Shown here: positions 10,601 through 19,931 of the stretch, piece by piece
Numbering within the stretch: the first letter of the stretch is position 1
Layout of the letters: each line of letters opens with the position of its first letter
Source: a virus
Virus record (IMG/VR): IMGVR_UViG_3300045976_000117
Location: 10,299-74,298 of that record
Strand: one strand, 5' to 3'
DNA length: 64,000 bases
Position numbers and translations under genes: made by a program
The notes under the pieces: generated by a model
The model's database searches: none
What the model saw: the letters and a program-made list of their open reading frames with translations, nothing else
What the model was told of the DNA's origin: nothing

Positions 10601-12040
10601 CTCCATGATGACTGGGATTCTTTCTGGCAAAACGCTAGTGACCGCTGGTCGAACATTCGGGACACTGTCAGCGACAGGGCTAGGGAACTTCGTGACAACG
10701 CAAGTAACCATGCCGCGGAGTTGCGAGACTGGTTGGGTGGCCATTGGCAGACTATCTGGCAAAGTGCCACGGACAGATGGAACACGATACGAACTGACGT
10801 AAGCAATATCGCTGGCAGCATCCGTGATGGAGTCAGCAGTGCTATCGGTGCTTTACGAGACAATGTCACTGGAGCATTCCAGACCGCGGTAGACAATATC
10901 CAGAACATCTGGAATCGCCTTGGTGACATAGCGAAAGTGCCCGTCAATTTCGTTATCAACACTGTCTACAATGCGGGCATCGTTCCCATGTGGAACGGTA
11001 TTGCCGGGCTCTTCGGACTGGCCAAGCTCAATCCAGCAGTGCCCCTCGCAACTGGCGGTGTGCTGCCGGGCTACTCGCCTGGCCGGGACTCCGTACCAGC
11101 TATCCTGTCTCCCGGTGAGGGCGTACTCGTACCGGAGGCTGTGCGTGGCCTAGGGCCTGACTTCGTTCACTCAGCGAACGCCTATTTCTCCGGAGGTAGG
11201 AGTACAGGTGGCCGGAGCAGTGCCGGAGGGGTCAGCTACTTTGCCGATGGCGGCATAGTCGGCAGTGTCATAGGCGGAATTGCTGACTTCGTTGCCGATC
11301 CTATCGGCGCGGTGAAGAAGGCCTTTAACTCGGTACTAGGTGCGACTATTCCTGGCATCGGGCTATTGCATGACGCTCTGGCCGCAATTCCCGCCAAGGT
11401 GGTGGACGGAGCAGTCAGCCTGGTCAAGGGAGCAGTAGCTAAGATCGGTAGCTTCTTCTCCGCAGCCTTCACCGGGTCACCGGATCTCCAAGGCTGGATC
11501 ATGCAAGCGATCCAGTTGACCGGAGTACCCGCAAGTTGGGCAGGCCCATTGTCAGTTCTCATTATGAGAGAGTCGGGTGGCAATCCCAACGCAATTAACA
11601 ATTGGGATAGTAATGCAGCGGCCGGGCATCCGTCTCAAGGCCTTATGCAGACTATCCCTAGCACTTTCTCGGCATACCACCAACCGGGAACGAGCTGGAA
11701 TATACTTGATCCTATTGCCAACATCGCGGCAGGTATTAACTATATTCGAGCTGTGTATGGGGATATTAGCAATGTGCAGCAAGCTAACCCCAACCTGCCA
11801 CCGAAGGGATACGACTCCGGAGGTTGGCTACCGCCTGGGATAACAGTGGCCTACAACGGCACTGGGCAGCACGAAAGAATATTGACCGGACCGCAGTATC
11901 AGCAACTCACCGCGGCTGCTTCCCGTAGCGAGTTGCAGCCGGTCACGGTCAATGTTTACCCACGTGCTGAACATTCAGAAGCCGATATAGCGGACATGGT
12001 GAGCCGACGACTCGAGTTTGCCATGCGAGCCAACACCTAA
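7616..12040 (+). CDS. Tape measure protein with C-terminal lytic transglycosylase (SLT) domain
   Basis: 1474 aa, Ala/Gln-rich helical with Trp-periodic repeats; RESGGNPNAINNWDSNA...GLMQTIPSTF SLT motif. Confidence 0.95.
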   Translation: MADYQAGTAFLTVLPDMSGFGAKVREELAKDQTELKIPVKPDVDTTKGAKDGEEYGGAFGDAMKARIEAALKSLPKAQIDADSTEADRKIDELRTRLEELRDKRIGIDLSAEEALAEIAGIKTDLDELGRKSPNVQVKVDALKAAADLAGIRAEVTALDGKNVDIRVSDGGSARQATSDVNGLLLAGLSLGPALIPIGSAVAAAFASIGTGAVIGAGAIATVVLGFHGVTDALKDMDTAQQSSGKTAAQTAAQQISSANSVASAQDGVRNAVRAVADAQHEAAISAQQSAQQVASAQQSLQDAYIQSGIAMRGALQSEEQARQSLQSAIYSQTVAEQTLANAQQQEQLAQESLTLARQAAQRQIESLTLAVEDGALAERQAALNIQQTKQQLDQTLANPQASQLQRDQAQLSYDQAVQQLKDVQARNKNLQEDQAAAAKAGVDGSQQVQAAQRGVQQATQGVAAAQHGVQQAAQDVANAQQNLANAQANVAETQRTNTERIAQAQQALASAEQNQAETARKNAESIQKAQEGVVSAQRALAGALAQQAAQQDTVSASANKLAKDMADLSPAGRQFVTFLHDEMEPKVKDLQATAQEGLLPGVEDGLRALFPVFPEITSFVNVFATSLGDLARRAGQALTDPFWRNFFGFIKDEAGPSIQTFGTIIGNIFTGIAGMLQGFKPIWDAMGVSIENFTDKFAAWGKAVASGDSEGFNKFLQYVQESAPVVIDFLKQFGTLIGHIVDAFAGQGISTLQVLTETLRIINGLPLPVIQALIDLYIAIKAATLVSNGLKSISDTFITIGKLPGQIKDFAGTIRDLPGDIAKIGASLKTNISDALDKIKSGGGLKGALGLTGIAVGAYVAGSALEAAGSPLPEGQSFGTASTGAKVSDAADTAGKLLTLDIPGLFDKISQNIKQLPDDLHTAGDRISGFAQGIKDAFGGIGDGVGQLRTDLGVAWSNIADNASTRWNGIKNAVSNAAGDFRNTVSDHVTSLGKTLHDDWDSFWQNASDRWSNIRDTVSDRARELRDNASNHAAELRDWLGGHWQTIWQSATDRWNTIRTDVSNIAGSIRDGVSSAIGALRDNVTGAFQTAVDNIQNIWNRLGDIAKVPVNFVINTVYNAGIVPMWNGIAGLFGLAKLNPAVPLATGGVLPGYSPGRDSVPAILSPGEGVLVPEAVRGLGPDFVHSANAYFSGGRSTGGRSSAGGVSYFADGGIVGSVIGGIADFVADPIGAVKKAFNSVLGATIPGIGLLHDALAAIPAKVVDGAVSLVKGAVAKIGSFFSAAFTGSPDLQGWIMQAIQLTGVPASWAGPLSVLIMRESGGNPNAINNWDSNAAAGHPSQGLMQTIPSTFSAYHQPGTSWNILDPIANIAAGINYIRAVYGDISNVQQANPNLPPKGYDSGGWLPPGITVAYNGTGQHERILTGPQYQQLTAAASRSELQPVTVNVYPRAEHSEADIADMVSRRLEFAMRANT

Positions 12041-12067
12041 TCGCTAAAGAGACGGAGGGGAGAGATA

Positions 12068-13003
12068 ATGGCCGGATTCCCCTCCGTCTCTTTAGATGGC
12101 CAGCAGTTCTACTATCGACTTAACAGTGTGTTTGGCAGTTCGATTCCTGTGGACAGTAACGGGGTCGAATGGCTTCTGACTAAATTTGATGGATGGTCTG
12201 GCCGTCCTGCACCACGCACCGCACGTACCGACAAACCTGGGCATTCCGGTCAGTTTCGCAGTTCGGCCTATCATGGCCCAAAGATTATCAATCTGGAAAT
12301 TGTCGCCACCGCGCCGGATGATTTGACCATGCGGGTTGCCGAGACCGCAGTAGAAGCACTGTGCTCCGACCCTGCTCGGCTGTATCCCCTAGTGGTAGAC
12401 GAGTCTGGCATGACCAGAACCATGATGGTCGAATTGGATGATGCGATACAAATCGCGCCACGTACTTGGAATAGTTCACTCATCGGCATGCGGTTGGCGG
12501 CACCGGACCCTCGAAAGCATGACAATGCCTGGCAGTCTCCAAGTGTGAATCTCGGTATACCTCCCAGTGGCGGTGCCGACTTCTCAGCGCCCGGCCTGAA
12601 TTACTCAGTTGTCCCTGGTGTCGACTTCGGCACACCAGGAACACCAGCCGTGGCAACCGTACATAATTCGGGCACAGCTATCGCCTACCCTATTTTCGCA
12701 GTACAAGGGCCTTTATCGGCAAACTGGCAAATCTATGATGTGACCAACGGTGTGGTACTGACTTATACCAAAGCATTGAGTGCTACGGATTTTGTCACGA
12801 TCAATACCGATGATTTTCCGGCTCAGGGATTTCCCGGCCATGGCGTGTATCTCAACAGCACAAATAATCAACGGGCTTCGCTGCTGACCACTGCGGGATG
12901 GCCCTATGTGTTGCCTGGCCAGACTGTGACGTACAACCTCCGCGCACCTAACTACTCCGCGGCTGCCTTGATGACTATTTCATTGAGGAGTGCTTGGCAC
13001 TGA
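12068..13003 (+). CDS. Minor tail protein (distal tail, Dit-like)
   Basis: Directly after the tape measure gene; LAAPDPRKH motif; ends RSAWH. Confidence 0.85.
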   Translation: MAGFPSVSLDGQQFYYRLNSVFGSSIPVDSNGVEWLLTKFDGWSGRPAPRTARTDKPGHSGQFRSSAYHGPKIINLEIVATAPDDLTMRVAETAVEALCSDPARLYPLVVDESGMTRTMMVELDDAIQIAPRTWNSSLIGMRLAAPDPRKHDNAWQSPSVNLGIPPSGGADFSAPGLNYSVVPGVDFGTPGTPAVATVHNSGTAIAYPIFAVQGPLSANWQIYDVTNGVVLTYTKALSATDFVTINTDDFPAQGFPGHGVYLNSTNNQRASLLTTAGWPYVLPGQTVTYNLRAPNYSAAALMTISLRSAWH

Positions 13004-13228
13004 ATAATCTTTACACATTTCTGGCCAGCCAAAGTCACAAGTTACACAACGTCGTAAAAGCCAATCAGTCATGTCTGAGCTAGACGACCATAAAAATTGG
13101 TGTGCTCCTTCGATGAATCCACGATATATCGTCTGCGGGGGTTGGTAGTCACTAGTGATCCTCCCTCCACATTTGGGGCAGCTCACATTATCTCCGCTAA
13201 ATAGCGGGTATGGCGTTGAGTTTGTCAT
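12980..13228 (-). CDS. Small Zn-ribbon protein encoded antisense within the tail module
   Basis: CPKC...RRCVTCDFGW; fills the otherwise empty gap between two tail genes. Confidence 0.6.
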   Translation of the reverse strand: MTNSTPYPLFSGDNVSCPKCGGRITSDYQPPQTIYRGFIEGAHQFLWSSSSDMTDWLLRRCVTCDFGWPEMCKDYSVPSTPQ

Positions 13229-13254
13229 GCCAAGATTATAGCGAAGAGGTTTTT

Positions 13255-14445
13255 ATGTCGAATACTGCTCCGCATCAGCAACCGGGTTTTGTTGACAGAG
13301 ACACCACCAACAGCAACGGCAACACTGCTCAGAGCTTCCGGTATGCGCTGGGTGGCTTGATGCAGCCTGCGCCGTTGCAGACCTTCCAGTGGGCATCCGG
13401 AGTACTGCCGGGTGACGCCTCAGGCAGTACCATTACGGACTACCAGGTCACACAGGCCAGCCCGTCAGCCAACATGACGGTACTGGTCCAACCTGGCCAG
13501 CTCGTCATTGCTCGAGCCTCAGCCGGGCCCTACATCGGCACCAGCAACGCGGCATTCAACGTCACCATTCCTGCTGCGAACACCCTGCCTCGGATCGACT
13601 ACGTCTGTATGCGGGTACGCGACCTAGGAGTGGATGGCGTCGGCGCGGCAGCTCAAACCTACTTTCCGGTCGTGCTGTCCGGCACTCCAGCCGGTAGCCC
13701 CTCCGAGCCCGTCAGTCAGCTCACAGACGGAGATTTCGTCCTCGCCGCGGTGACTGTGCGGGCCAACACTACAAGCATCCTCAACAGTGATATTTCAGAT
13801 CGGCGCCTCTATGTGGCGGCACAAGGCGGCATTTATCCCGCGGGGACACAAGATACCCGCATTGGCGCCTACCCCGGTCATACCCGATTTAATCAGAACA
13901 CTGGGTCTACCGAGCAATGGAACGGCGCAGCATGGGTGGTCATCGCTTCACCGAGTGTCTGGTCATCATGGAATCCGACCCTCACTTATGCCGGAGCCGG
14001 AGCCATCACCGCAGGGACTGTTAATCTGGGATCTGGTTCGGTCGTGACTGGTCGTTATATGCTCCAGGGCAAAAAGTTACAACTAGCCTACACATTCCAA
14101 TATGGTACGTCAGGATACAACTCCGGTGCCGGAGCAATCCGTACCACATTGCCGCCCGGCATGGTTTCACGCGCGGTGGGTGAGACACAGATTCTTTGCC
14201 AGTTATACACTGGTAGCACCACCGCGCTGGTATGGGCGGGTACTGCCCACATACCGCCAAACAGCAATAGTATCCGTCCCCAATTCCCGCAGAGTGCCAG
14301 TCAGGCGAATATCGGCGCGTGGGCGGCATCCGGTACTCAAGGCACGGCAGGTGCAGCGGGTACAGGCTGGCCACTCATTCCCGGTCAGTTCAGTGACGGG
14401 CCAGGTGCCATTTTGAATGTCAACGGGACGATTGAGATTCAGTAA
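13255..14445 (+). CDS. Minor tail protein
   Basis: GAGG RBS; PRIDYVCMRVRD and SDRRLY motifs typical of actinophage minor tail proteins; beta-rich C-terminus. Confidence 0.8.
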   Translation: MSNTAPHQQPGFVDRDTTNSNGNTAQSFRYALGGLMQPAPLQTFQWASGVLPGDASGSTITDYQVTQASPSANMTVLVQPGQLVIARASAGPYIGTSNAAFNVTIPAANTLPRIDYVCMRVRDLGVDGVGAAAQTYFPVVLSGTPAGSPSEPVSQLTDGDFVLAAVTVRANTTSILNSDISDRRLYVAAQGGIYPAGTQDTRIGAYPGHTRFNQNTGSTEQWNGAAWVVIASPSVWSSWNPTLTYAGAGAITAGTVNLGSGSVVTGRYMLQGKKLQLAYTFQYGTSGYNSGAGAIRTTLPPGMVSRAVGETQILCQLYTGSTTALVWAGTAHIPPNSNSIRPQFPQSASQANIGAWAASGTQGTAGAAGTGWPLIPGQFSDGPGAILNVNGTIEIQ

Positions 14446-14497
14446 GTAATTCATAAACCGGGGGAGCCGGGCTGCCCTGAATTTGGAGGATTAAGCC

Positions 14498-15124
14498 GTG
14501 TCTTTTCGCTGGTACAGGCAAGCCCCGGTCAAGGCTTGGAATCAAGAAATCAAGTTCACAACTGACACAATCAAAGCGACGTTGCACACGGCAACATACT
14601 CGCCTAATCAGGACACGCATGCTTATGTGTCAGATCTGAGTAATGAGCTTACGACCGCTAACGGGTACACCGTAGGTGGTATGACACTGGCGTCCTGTAC
14701 TTGTTCCTACACCGCGGCTAACTCCTGGTCGACAACCTGGCAGGCCAGCACCGCATACGCAGTTGATTTTGTTATCAGACCGGCAACTGGTAACGGGTTC
14801 CTGTACCGGTGCGCGGTGGCGGGTACCTCCGGCGGCAGTGCACCTACCTGGCCGACTGTGGTAGGCACCACAGTCACCGATGGCGGTGTGACCTGGGAAT
14901 GTATCGGTTCCGGCATCATCGTATTCAATGCCACGTCGCCTAGCTGGGCTACCGCGACCTTTGGTCCCTGTCGTTATCTGGTCCTCTCTGACCGAACTCC
15001 CTCCACCGCGGCGACTCAGCCGTTAATCGGGTATTTCGATTTTGGATCTGACAAGACGGGTCAGGGTGGCGCTTTCACATTCAACTTCAACCCGCAGGGT
15101 ATCGCTCATATTTTCGTGCCGTAA
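14498..15124 (+). CDS. Minor tail protein with inserted WQASTAY...VTDGGVTW module
   Basis: DTIKATLH...NELT.ANGY..GG motif; synteny. Confidence 0.7.
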   Translation: MSFRWYRQAPVKAWNQEIKFTTDTIKATLHTATYSPNQDTHAYVSDLSNELTTANGYTVGGMTLASCTCSYTAANSWSTTWQASTAYAVDFVIRPATGNGFLYRCAVAGTSGGSAPTWPTVVGTTVTDGGVTWECIGSGIIVFNATSPSWATATFGPCRYLVLSDRTPSTAATQPLIGYFDFGSDKTGQGGAFTFNFNPQGIAHIFVP

Positions 15125-15142
15125 TAGAACGGTAATTTAGCC

Positions 15143-15892
15143 GTGATTACTGAAGACATCGCGGATACTCCTAACGCATTGACTGTGGCAGGGCTATCAG
15201 GTCCTATTACATCAGCTTCGTTCACTCCTCCTCCCCTATCTTTAGTCGCGGTTTGCGCGGCTGCCGGGTGGTCAGGAGCGACACAGGCTGTTATTAGTTG
15301 TTCGGATTCCGGGTCGCACACCTGGTCAAACCCGATTAAAGCTACGGGCACATCGGGCAATGGTGGGACATCTTCAATTTTCACCTCTTACTTTGCCACA
15401 TCGCCAGGGGCTATCACGGTTACTGTCTCGTTTTCTGGATTTTCATCCGGAACCGGAGGCATGTTTGCTGATTTCTTTGTTTTCCAAGGGGCTGCTGCGA
15501 GTCAGACAGGAGCCGGTACCGGATCGAAACTTTCCACAACCGGCTTGAATGGTACCTTTAACATCACCACAACCCAGAAAAATTCATGGATTGTGGGTGT
15601 CAGTGATGATTCTACCAACGGTGCTTTATGGACTCCAGCAACTGGTGTTGCAGTGTGGACTCAATGGCAAGATGTGGCGACACCCCCTGCCGGAGATAAT
15701 ATTACTTCTGTTTCTTGGTTTGCTAATGTGTTACCTACCGCGACTTCGTACACTGTCGGCGGTACCTGGGCTGCCAATGGTTCATCGAACCACACAACAC
15801 AACAGTGTGCACTAGAGATTATCCCGGCGGCTGATTTACCATTACGGCCGGTTATTAATTACATTCCGGCAGTACGGTCGTCCTATCTGTGA
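15143..15892 (+). CDS. Putative minor tail / virion protein
   Basis: Ser/Thr/Gly-rich beta composition; lies in the tail module. Confidence 0.6.
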   Translation: MITEDIADTPNALTVAGLSGPITSASFTPPPLSLVAVCAAAGWSGATQAVISCSDSGSHTWSNPIKATGTSGNGGTSSIFTSYFATSPGAITVTVSFSGFSSGTGGMFADFFVFQGAAASQTGAGTGSKLSTTGLNGTFNITTTQKNSWIVGVSDDSTNGALWTPATGVAVWTQWQDVATPPAGDNITSVSWFANVLPTATSYTVGGTWAANGSSNHTTQQCALEIIPAADLPLRPVINYIPAVRSSYL

Positions 15893-15904
15893 AGGAAAAT
15901 ATAT

Positions 15905-16405
15905 ATGCCTGATATCTACTGGGCGGCCAATGGAGCAATGCCTACGACTGCTGCTCTAGCTAAAGTCGCTACGGGCACGTCTATTAAAACAATGCTTCAA
16001 ATTGCTACACCATCGACTAGGCCTCTTACTGTCGTAGGCTGGGGCGTTAGTTTCGACGGTTCCGCCGCGGGCACTCCAATCATATGTGAGCTTATTGAGA
16101 CGGACGTAGCTGCCACGGTTACTGCACATGTGGCATCGGGCATTATGAAATACAATGACCCGAACGCTCCGCCATCACTTGTCACTTTGGGTACTTCCGC
16201 TACCGGATATACGGCCACCGCGGAGGGGACTATTACGGCGGTACGGTACGGTGATTTAGAAGATGTGCAACCGACGAACCAATACGCAATGTGGTTCCCT
16301 GAAGGCCGTGAATTTCAGGTAGCGGTATCTAAGTTTTTGAGAGTTCGTGTCACAGCGGGTGCCTCTGTCGGTTGTCACACATGGATAGCATGGATTGAAG
16401 CATAA
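15905..16405 (+). CDS. Putative minor tail / virion protein
   Basis: AAGGA RBS; lies in the tail module. Confidence 0.6.
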   Translation: MPDIYWAANGAMPTTAALAKVATGTSIKTMLQIATPSTRPLTVVGWGVSFDGSAAGTPIICELIETDVAATVTAHVASGIMKYNDPNAPPSLVTLGTSATGYTATAEGTITAVRYGDLEDVQPTNQYAMWFPEGREFQVAVSKFLRVRVTAGASVGCHTWIAWIEA

Positions 16406-16434
16406 ATAAAATAAGTGGCTGAATGGGGTGTTAA

Positions 16435-18522
16435 GTGCCTTACCATCTCGGGCATAGCCGACGTCCCATTCAGCCACTCAGTAAGGGACTGCTGTTTACG
16501 ACCGGAGTGCCGGTCACCGTCACGGATACACCGTCAGCTAGACGCAATTATGGGCCTGACGGTTCTCTTGTTATAGACGTTGTTCCGACGGACACACCTG
16601 GTGATCAACGGAGTACCGGGCCCGATGGGTCTCTTGCTATCGGGATCACACTCACTGACAGTCCGGCAGCAAGCCGCTACTACGGACCAGACGGTACCGC
16701 AGCAGTAGGTGTCACCTTCGGAGGGGATACTCCGGCCGCGCTACGGGACTACGGGCCCGATGGAGCAGCCACCCCGGATTTCGTCATCACCGATCGGCCT
16801 CGAGCTCTCCGGATGGCCGGGCCTGATGGTGCTGTGGCCTTTGGCCTGATCTTCACAGATACACCCTCCGCGGGGAGGCATTACGGGCCGGATGGCACCG
16901 TTCAGGCCGATTTACCGGGCGCGTTTAATGTCCAGCTAGATCCTCCATCGGCCGAACGTCATGGCGGCTCTGATGGCTCCGTAGCCCTGGGCGTGGCCTT
17001 CAGTGACCTACCTTGCGGTGCTAGGTATTACGGACCTGATGGCACACTGATTTATGACATTGTGTTGTCGGATTCTCCGACCGGAAGCCGGTTCGGCGGT
17101 CCGGATGGCATTGTCATTTCGTTGCTGGGGGACACTCCTGGTGACCTGCGTTATTACGGGCCGTCTGGGTCGATGGGCATTGATCTGCCCATCGCGGCCG
17201 ACCAGCCTTCTGGCAGTCGCTTAGGTGGTCCATCCGGCCTAGTCAACCTCGGTATTGGTGCCGCCACCAACCTCGCGGACACCCCTTCAGCCACCCGTGG
17301 TAGTGGGCCTGACGGCGTGCTTTTGCTGGCTTTCTTGCCCAGCAAGCCACCTTACATCCCTGTGGCGCCGCTCATTGCCCCGTCATACTCGTTGTGGCTG
17401 GCTGATACGGTAACTGGCCGCATGCTGTGGGGTCTGCCCATGGACACCATGTCATGGGATCTCAAACTCAACGATATCGGTTCTCTGCGAGCAACTCTGG
17501 TCGCGGAAGATGCCTGGGATGCCTTATCGGACCAGGATGAACGTAACCCTCGGACCATGCTCCGAGAAATTCTCTCCGGTACTTGGCGATTTTGCTTTGT
17601 GCTCAAATGGGGAAATAACATCGTCTGGGCTGGTCCCTATCTCAGTTTCACTCGATCAGGGCCAGGCAAAGTCGAGGTACTCGCCGCGGAGATACAGAAA
17701 ATGCTCACCCGACGAGTACTCATCAAGCCAGGGGCCACGGCACCAGGCGATATCACCGGAGACACGGTGATGGGCCCCAATGTGAATAAACGATTCATCG
17801 CGGCGAGTCTGGTATCGCAAGCTCTGGTCGGTACCGGTAAATCTCTGCCGATTAACATTATGACTGATACGACTCCTGGTGTAGAGTATCGGACCTATTA
17901 CGGATACGATCTGGCTACTTACTGGGATCGGCTTCGTGAACTGGCTAACGAGTCTGACGGGCCAGAAATTCGGTTTGATCCGAAAATTACGCAAGGAGCT
18001 GACGGCAATTATCTCAGTTGGGATCTGCAAGTCGGCAATCCGCATCTCGGCAGAGAAGTCACCCCCTGGGTGTTTGACAGCGATGTCAACTCCATTGTTG
18101 GACTTGACAGCGACGGGTCGAACATCGCTCTGAGCGTGTTTTCCGCAGGTAATGGCCAGTCTCGAGACAAACTCATCACCTCGGCATCGGACACCTCGTT
18201 GCTCAGTGTCGGATGGCCCATTCTCGAGTCTGTTGACAACTCACATACGAGTGAAGTGAGTTACCCAGTACTACAGGCACAGAGTACGGCCATTCTCACC
18301 GCGTGGAAGAAACCGGCTATTTCTTTCAAAACGACGGTACCGGCTGACATAGATCCGATGGTGGGAACTTATCGAGTGGGAGAAGATTTCGCCATCGACA
18401 TCAAAAAAGATCCCATCATTCCGGATGGTCTTTATTCACGTCGGATTGCCGGTCTGTCCGGCAGTGAGAAGCCCTGGGTGACCATCACTGATATTGACCC
18501 GTTGCCTGTAGGAGCAAGCTAA
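16435..18522 (+). CDS. Minor tail protein: 12 DxPxxxRxxGPDG repeats plus a C-terminal Gp37-like tail hub domain
   Basis: Repeats visible in aa ~30-295; C-terminal LADTVTG...LND.G...VWAGP...DGPEIRFDP motifs. Confidence 0.75.
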   Translation: MPYHLGHSRRPIQPLSKGLLFTTGVPVTVTDTPSARRNYGPDGSLVIDVVPTDTPGDQRSTGPDGSLAIGITLTDSPAASRYYGPDGTAAVGVTFGGDTPAALRDYGPDGAATPDFVITDRPRALRMAGPDGAVAFGLIFTDTPSAGRHYGPDGTVQADLPGAFNVQLDPPSAERHGGSDGSVALGVAFSDLPCGARYYGPDGTLIYDIVLSDSPTGSRFGGPDGIVISLLGDTPGDLRYYGPSGSMGIDLPIAADQPSGSRLGGPSGLVNLGIGAATNLADTPSATRGSGPDGVLLLAFLPSKPPYIPVAPLIAPSYSLWLADTVTGRMLWGLPMDTMSWDLKLNDIGSLRATLVAEDAWDALSDQDERNPRTMLREILSGTWRFCFVLKWGNNIVWAGPYLSFTRSGPGKVEVLAAEIQKMLTRRVLIKPGATAPGDITGDTVMGPNVNKRFIAASLVSQALVGTGKSLPINIMTDTTPGVEYRTYYGYDLATYWDRLRELANESDGPEIRFDPKITQGADGNYLSWDLQVGNPHLGREVTPWVFDSDVNSIVGLDSDGSNIALSVFSAGNGQSRDKLITSASDTSLLSVGWPILESVDNSHTSEVSYPVLQAQSTAILTAWKKPAISFKTTVPADIDPMVGTYRVGEDFAIDIKKDPIIPDGLYSRRIAGLSGSEKPWVTITDIDPLPVGAS

Positions 18523-19452
18523 ATGCCTGTTAACACTGCACCGGAATCGTGGCTATCATCGAAACTCGCCGCGATGCAGCGTCAATTAGACGAAGTAACG
18601 AGAGCGGTCGGTAGGCCAACGGATCAGATCAGAGATGTCAATGACAATGTTGTGACCATGCCTGGATCTGGCTCTCCCGCCATTGTCGGCCGCGGTCACG
18701 ACGTAGGTATCAGTTTTCAGGATGGCGTGGCTACGGTCACTGATGAACAGGGTCAAAGCGTTCGACAACTCAAGGCATCGCTTATCACGAGCGACGTTGT
18801 TGGCAATGTGTCAGGTACCCACTTTGGAGACGTAGGCACACCTAGTTTTACCTACAATCATTACGGCGATCTTCATGGCAACTCATTCGGATTCCATTAT
18901 GGCGCGGTGGGCGATGGCACAACACAGAATCAAGTCAACGCGCTTAATGTCTTCCACACTGGCGCCTACGGAACGGTCTTTGGAGAAATTGGCGTTCCGG
19001 GCCAACTCTGGAATGCCTATGTCACCGTCCGCGGTCGTTGCCTGGCTGAAGTGGGCCAAGCCGGAGGGCCTTTCTTCACTACCTATGGGGACGTGGGAAA
19101 CAGCACTAATTTCTTCAATCTATTCGGTACCGTCCACGCGCCATCAGAACGAAGGATGAAGACAGAGATCCGTACTCTTTACGAGGCCGGATCCATCATT
19201 GATCATGTGCCTTCCCTGCGGTGGCGATGGCGACCGGACATGCAGCATGCCGATGAGTATGAGCACGTCGGACCTATGGTTGACGACATTGCTGAGGTAG
19301 CTCCTTGGCTGGTGAGGCACTCAGACGGCGAGGGCCCCCGCACGCTGCAAGATCGTGATCTGATCGGTGTTCTCTGGGCAGCTCTCCGTGAAGAAAGGCA
19401 GAGGACCACTCGACTCGAAGAACGCATAGCCCTGCTGGAGTCGCGCTCGTAG
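18523..19452 (+). CDS. Tailspike/fibre with C-terminal intramolecular chaperone (peptidase S74-like)
   Basis: Short xGDVG repeats followed by PSERRMKTEI...GPMVDDI...LWAALRE coiled coil. Confidence 0.75.
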   Translation: MPVNTAPESWLSSKLAAMQRQLDEVTRAVGRPTDQIRDVNDNVVTMPGSGSPAIVGRGHDVGISFQDGVATVTDEQGQSVRQLKASLITSDVVGNVSGTHFGDVGTPSFTYNHYGDLHGNSFGFHYGAVGDGTTQNQVNALNVFHTGAYGTVFGEIGVPGQLWNAYVTVRGRCLAEVGQAGGPFFTTYGDVGNSTNFFNLFGTVHAPSERRMKTEIRTLYEAGSIIDHVPSLRWRWRPDMQHADEYEHVGPMVDDIAEVAPWLVRHSDGEGPRTLQDRDLIGVLWAALREERQRTTRLEERIALLESRS

Positions 19453-19464
19453 AAAGGCTCCGGC

Positions 19465-19752
19465 ATGGGCCTTAAAGATCTTCTTGATTATTTCAGTAAA
19501 TACGGTCCAGTCGGAGTTGCGTTTGCTGTCCTGCTGTTCGTCGTCGGTGCACTATATCTTCAGATACTCAAAGGGTACAAAGAACGTCTTGAAGAGGCGA
19601 ATAAGCGCGTTGAGGAGGCCAACAAGCGGGCTGAGCGTCTAGAAAACGAAGTCAAAGATCTGAATGACGAAATACAGAAGTTCTTTGCGCTCGGTACCCG
19701 TTGGCAAAGCACCGTAGGAGAAGCTACCAACGAGATAAGGCGTCTTACATGA
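19465..19752 (+). CDS. Membrane protein, holin-like
   Basis: One N-terminal TM helix plus coiled coil; start of the lysis region. Confidence 0.6.
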   Translation: MGLKDLLDYFSKYGPVGVAFAVLLFVVGALYLQILKGYKERLEEANKRVEEANKRAERLENEVKDLNDEIQKFFALGTRWQSTVGEATNEIRRLT

Positions 19753-19931
19753 GTGAGCCAATGCACTGCTCTTCAAATGAGGATTGTGGTTTGGTTACCA
19801 CATGGGAAAAGACTATCGAAACGTCTTTACAGACTCGTAAAAAGCTGGCTGAACTCATGGACCAAATAGATGAGACAGTAATTGCTTTACGTGCTGAGAT
19901 CGAACACGCTCAAATGCGTAGGAGTGAGTAA
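19749..19931 (+). CDS. Hypothetical coiled-coil protein
   Basis: ATGA overlap upstream and TAATG overlap downstream. Confidence 0.55.
   Translation: MSEPMHCSSNEDCGLVTTWEKTIETSLQTRKKLAELMDQIDETVIALRAEIEHAQMRRSE

Noticed and set aside
13255-19452. Diversity-generating retroelement acting on tail genes
   Set aside because: No reverse transcriptase and no template/variable repeat pair recognised in the window
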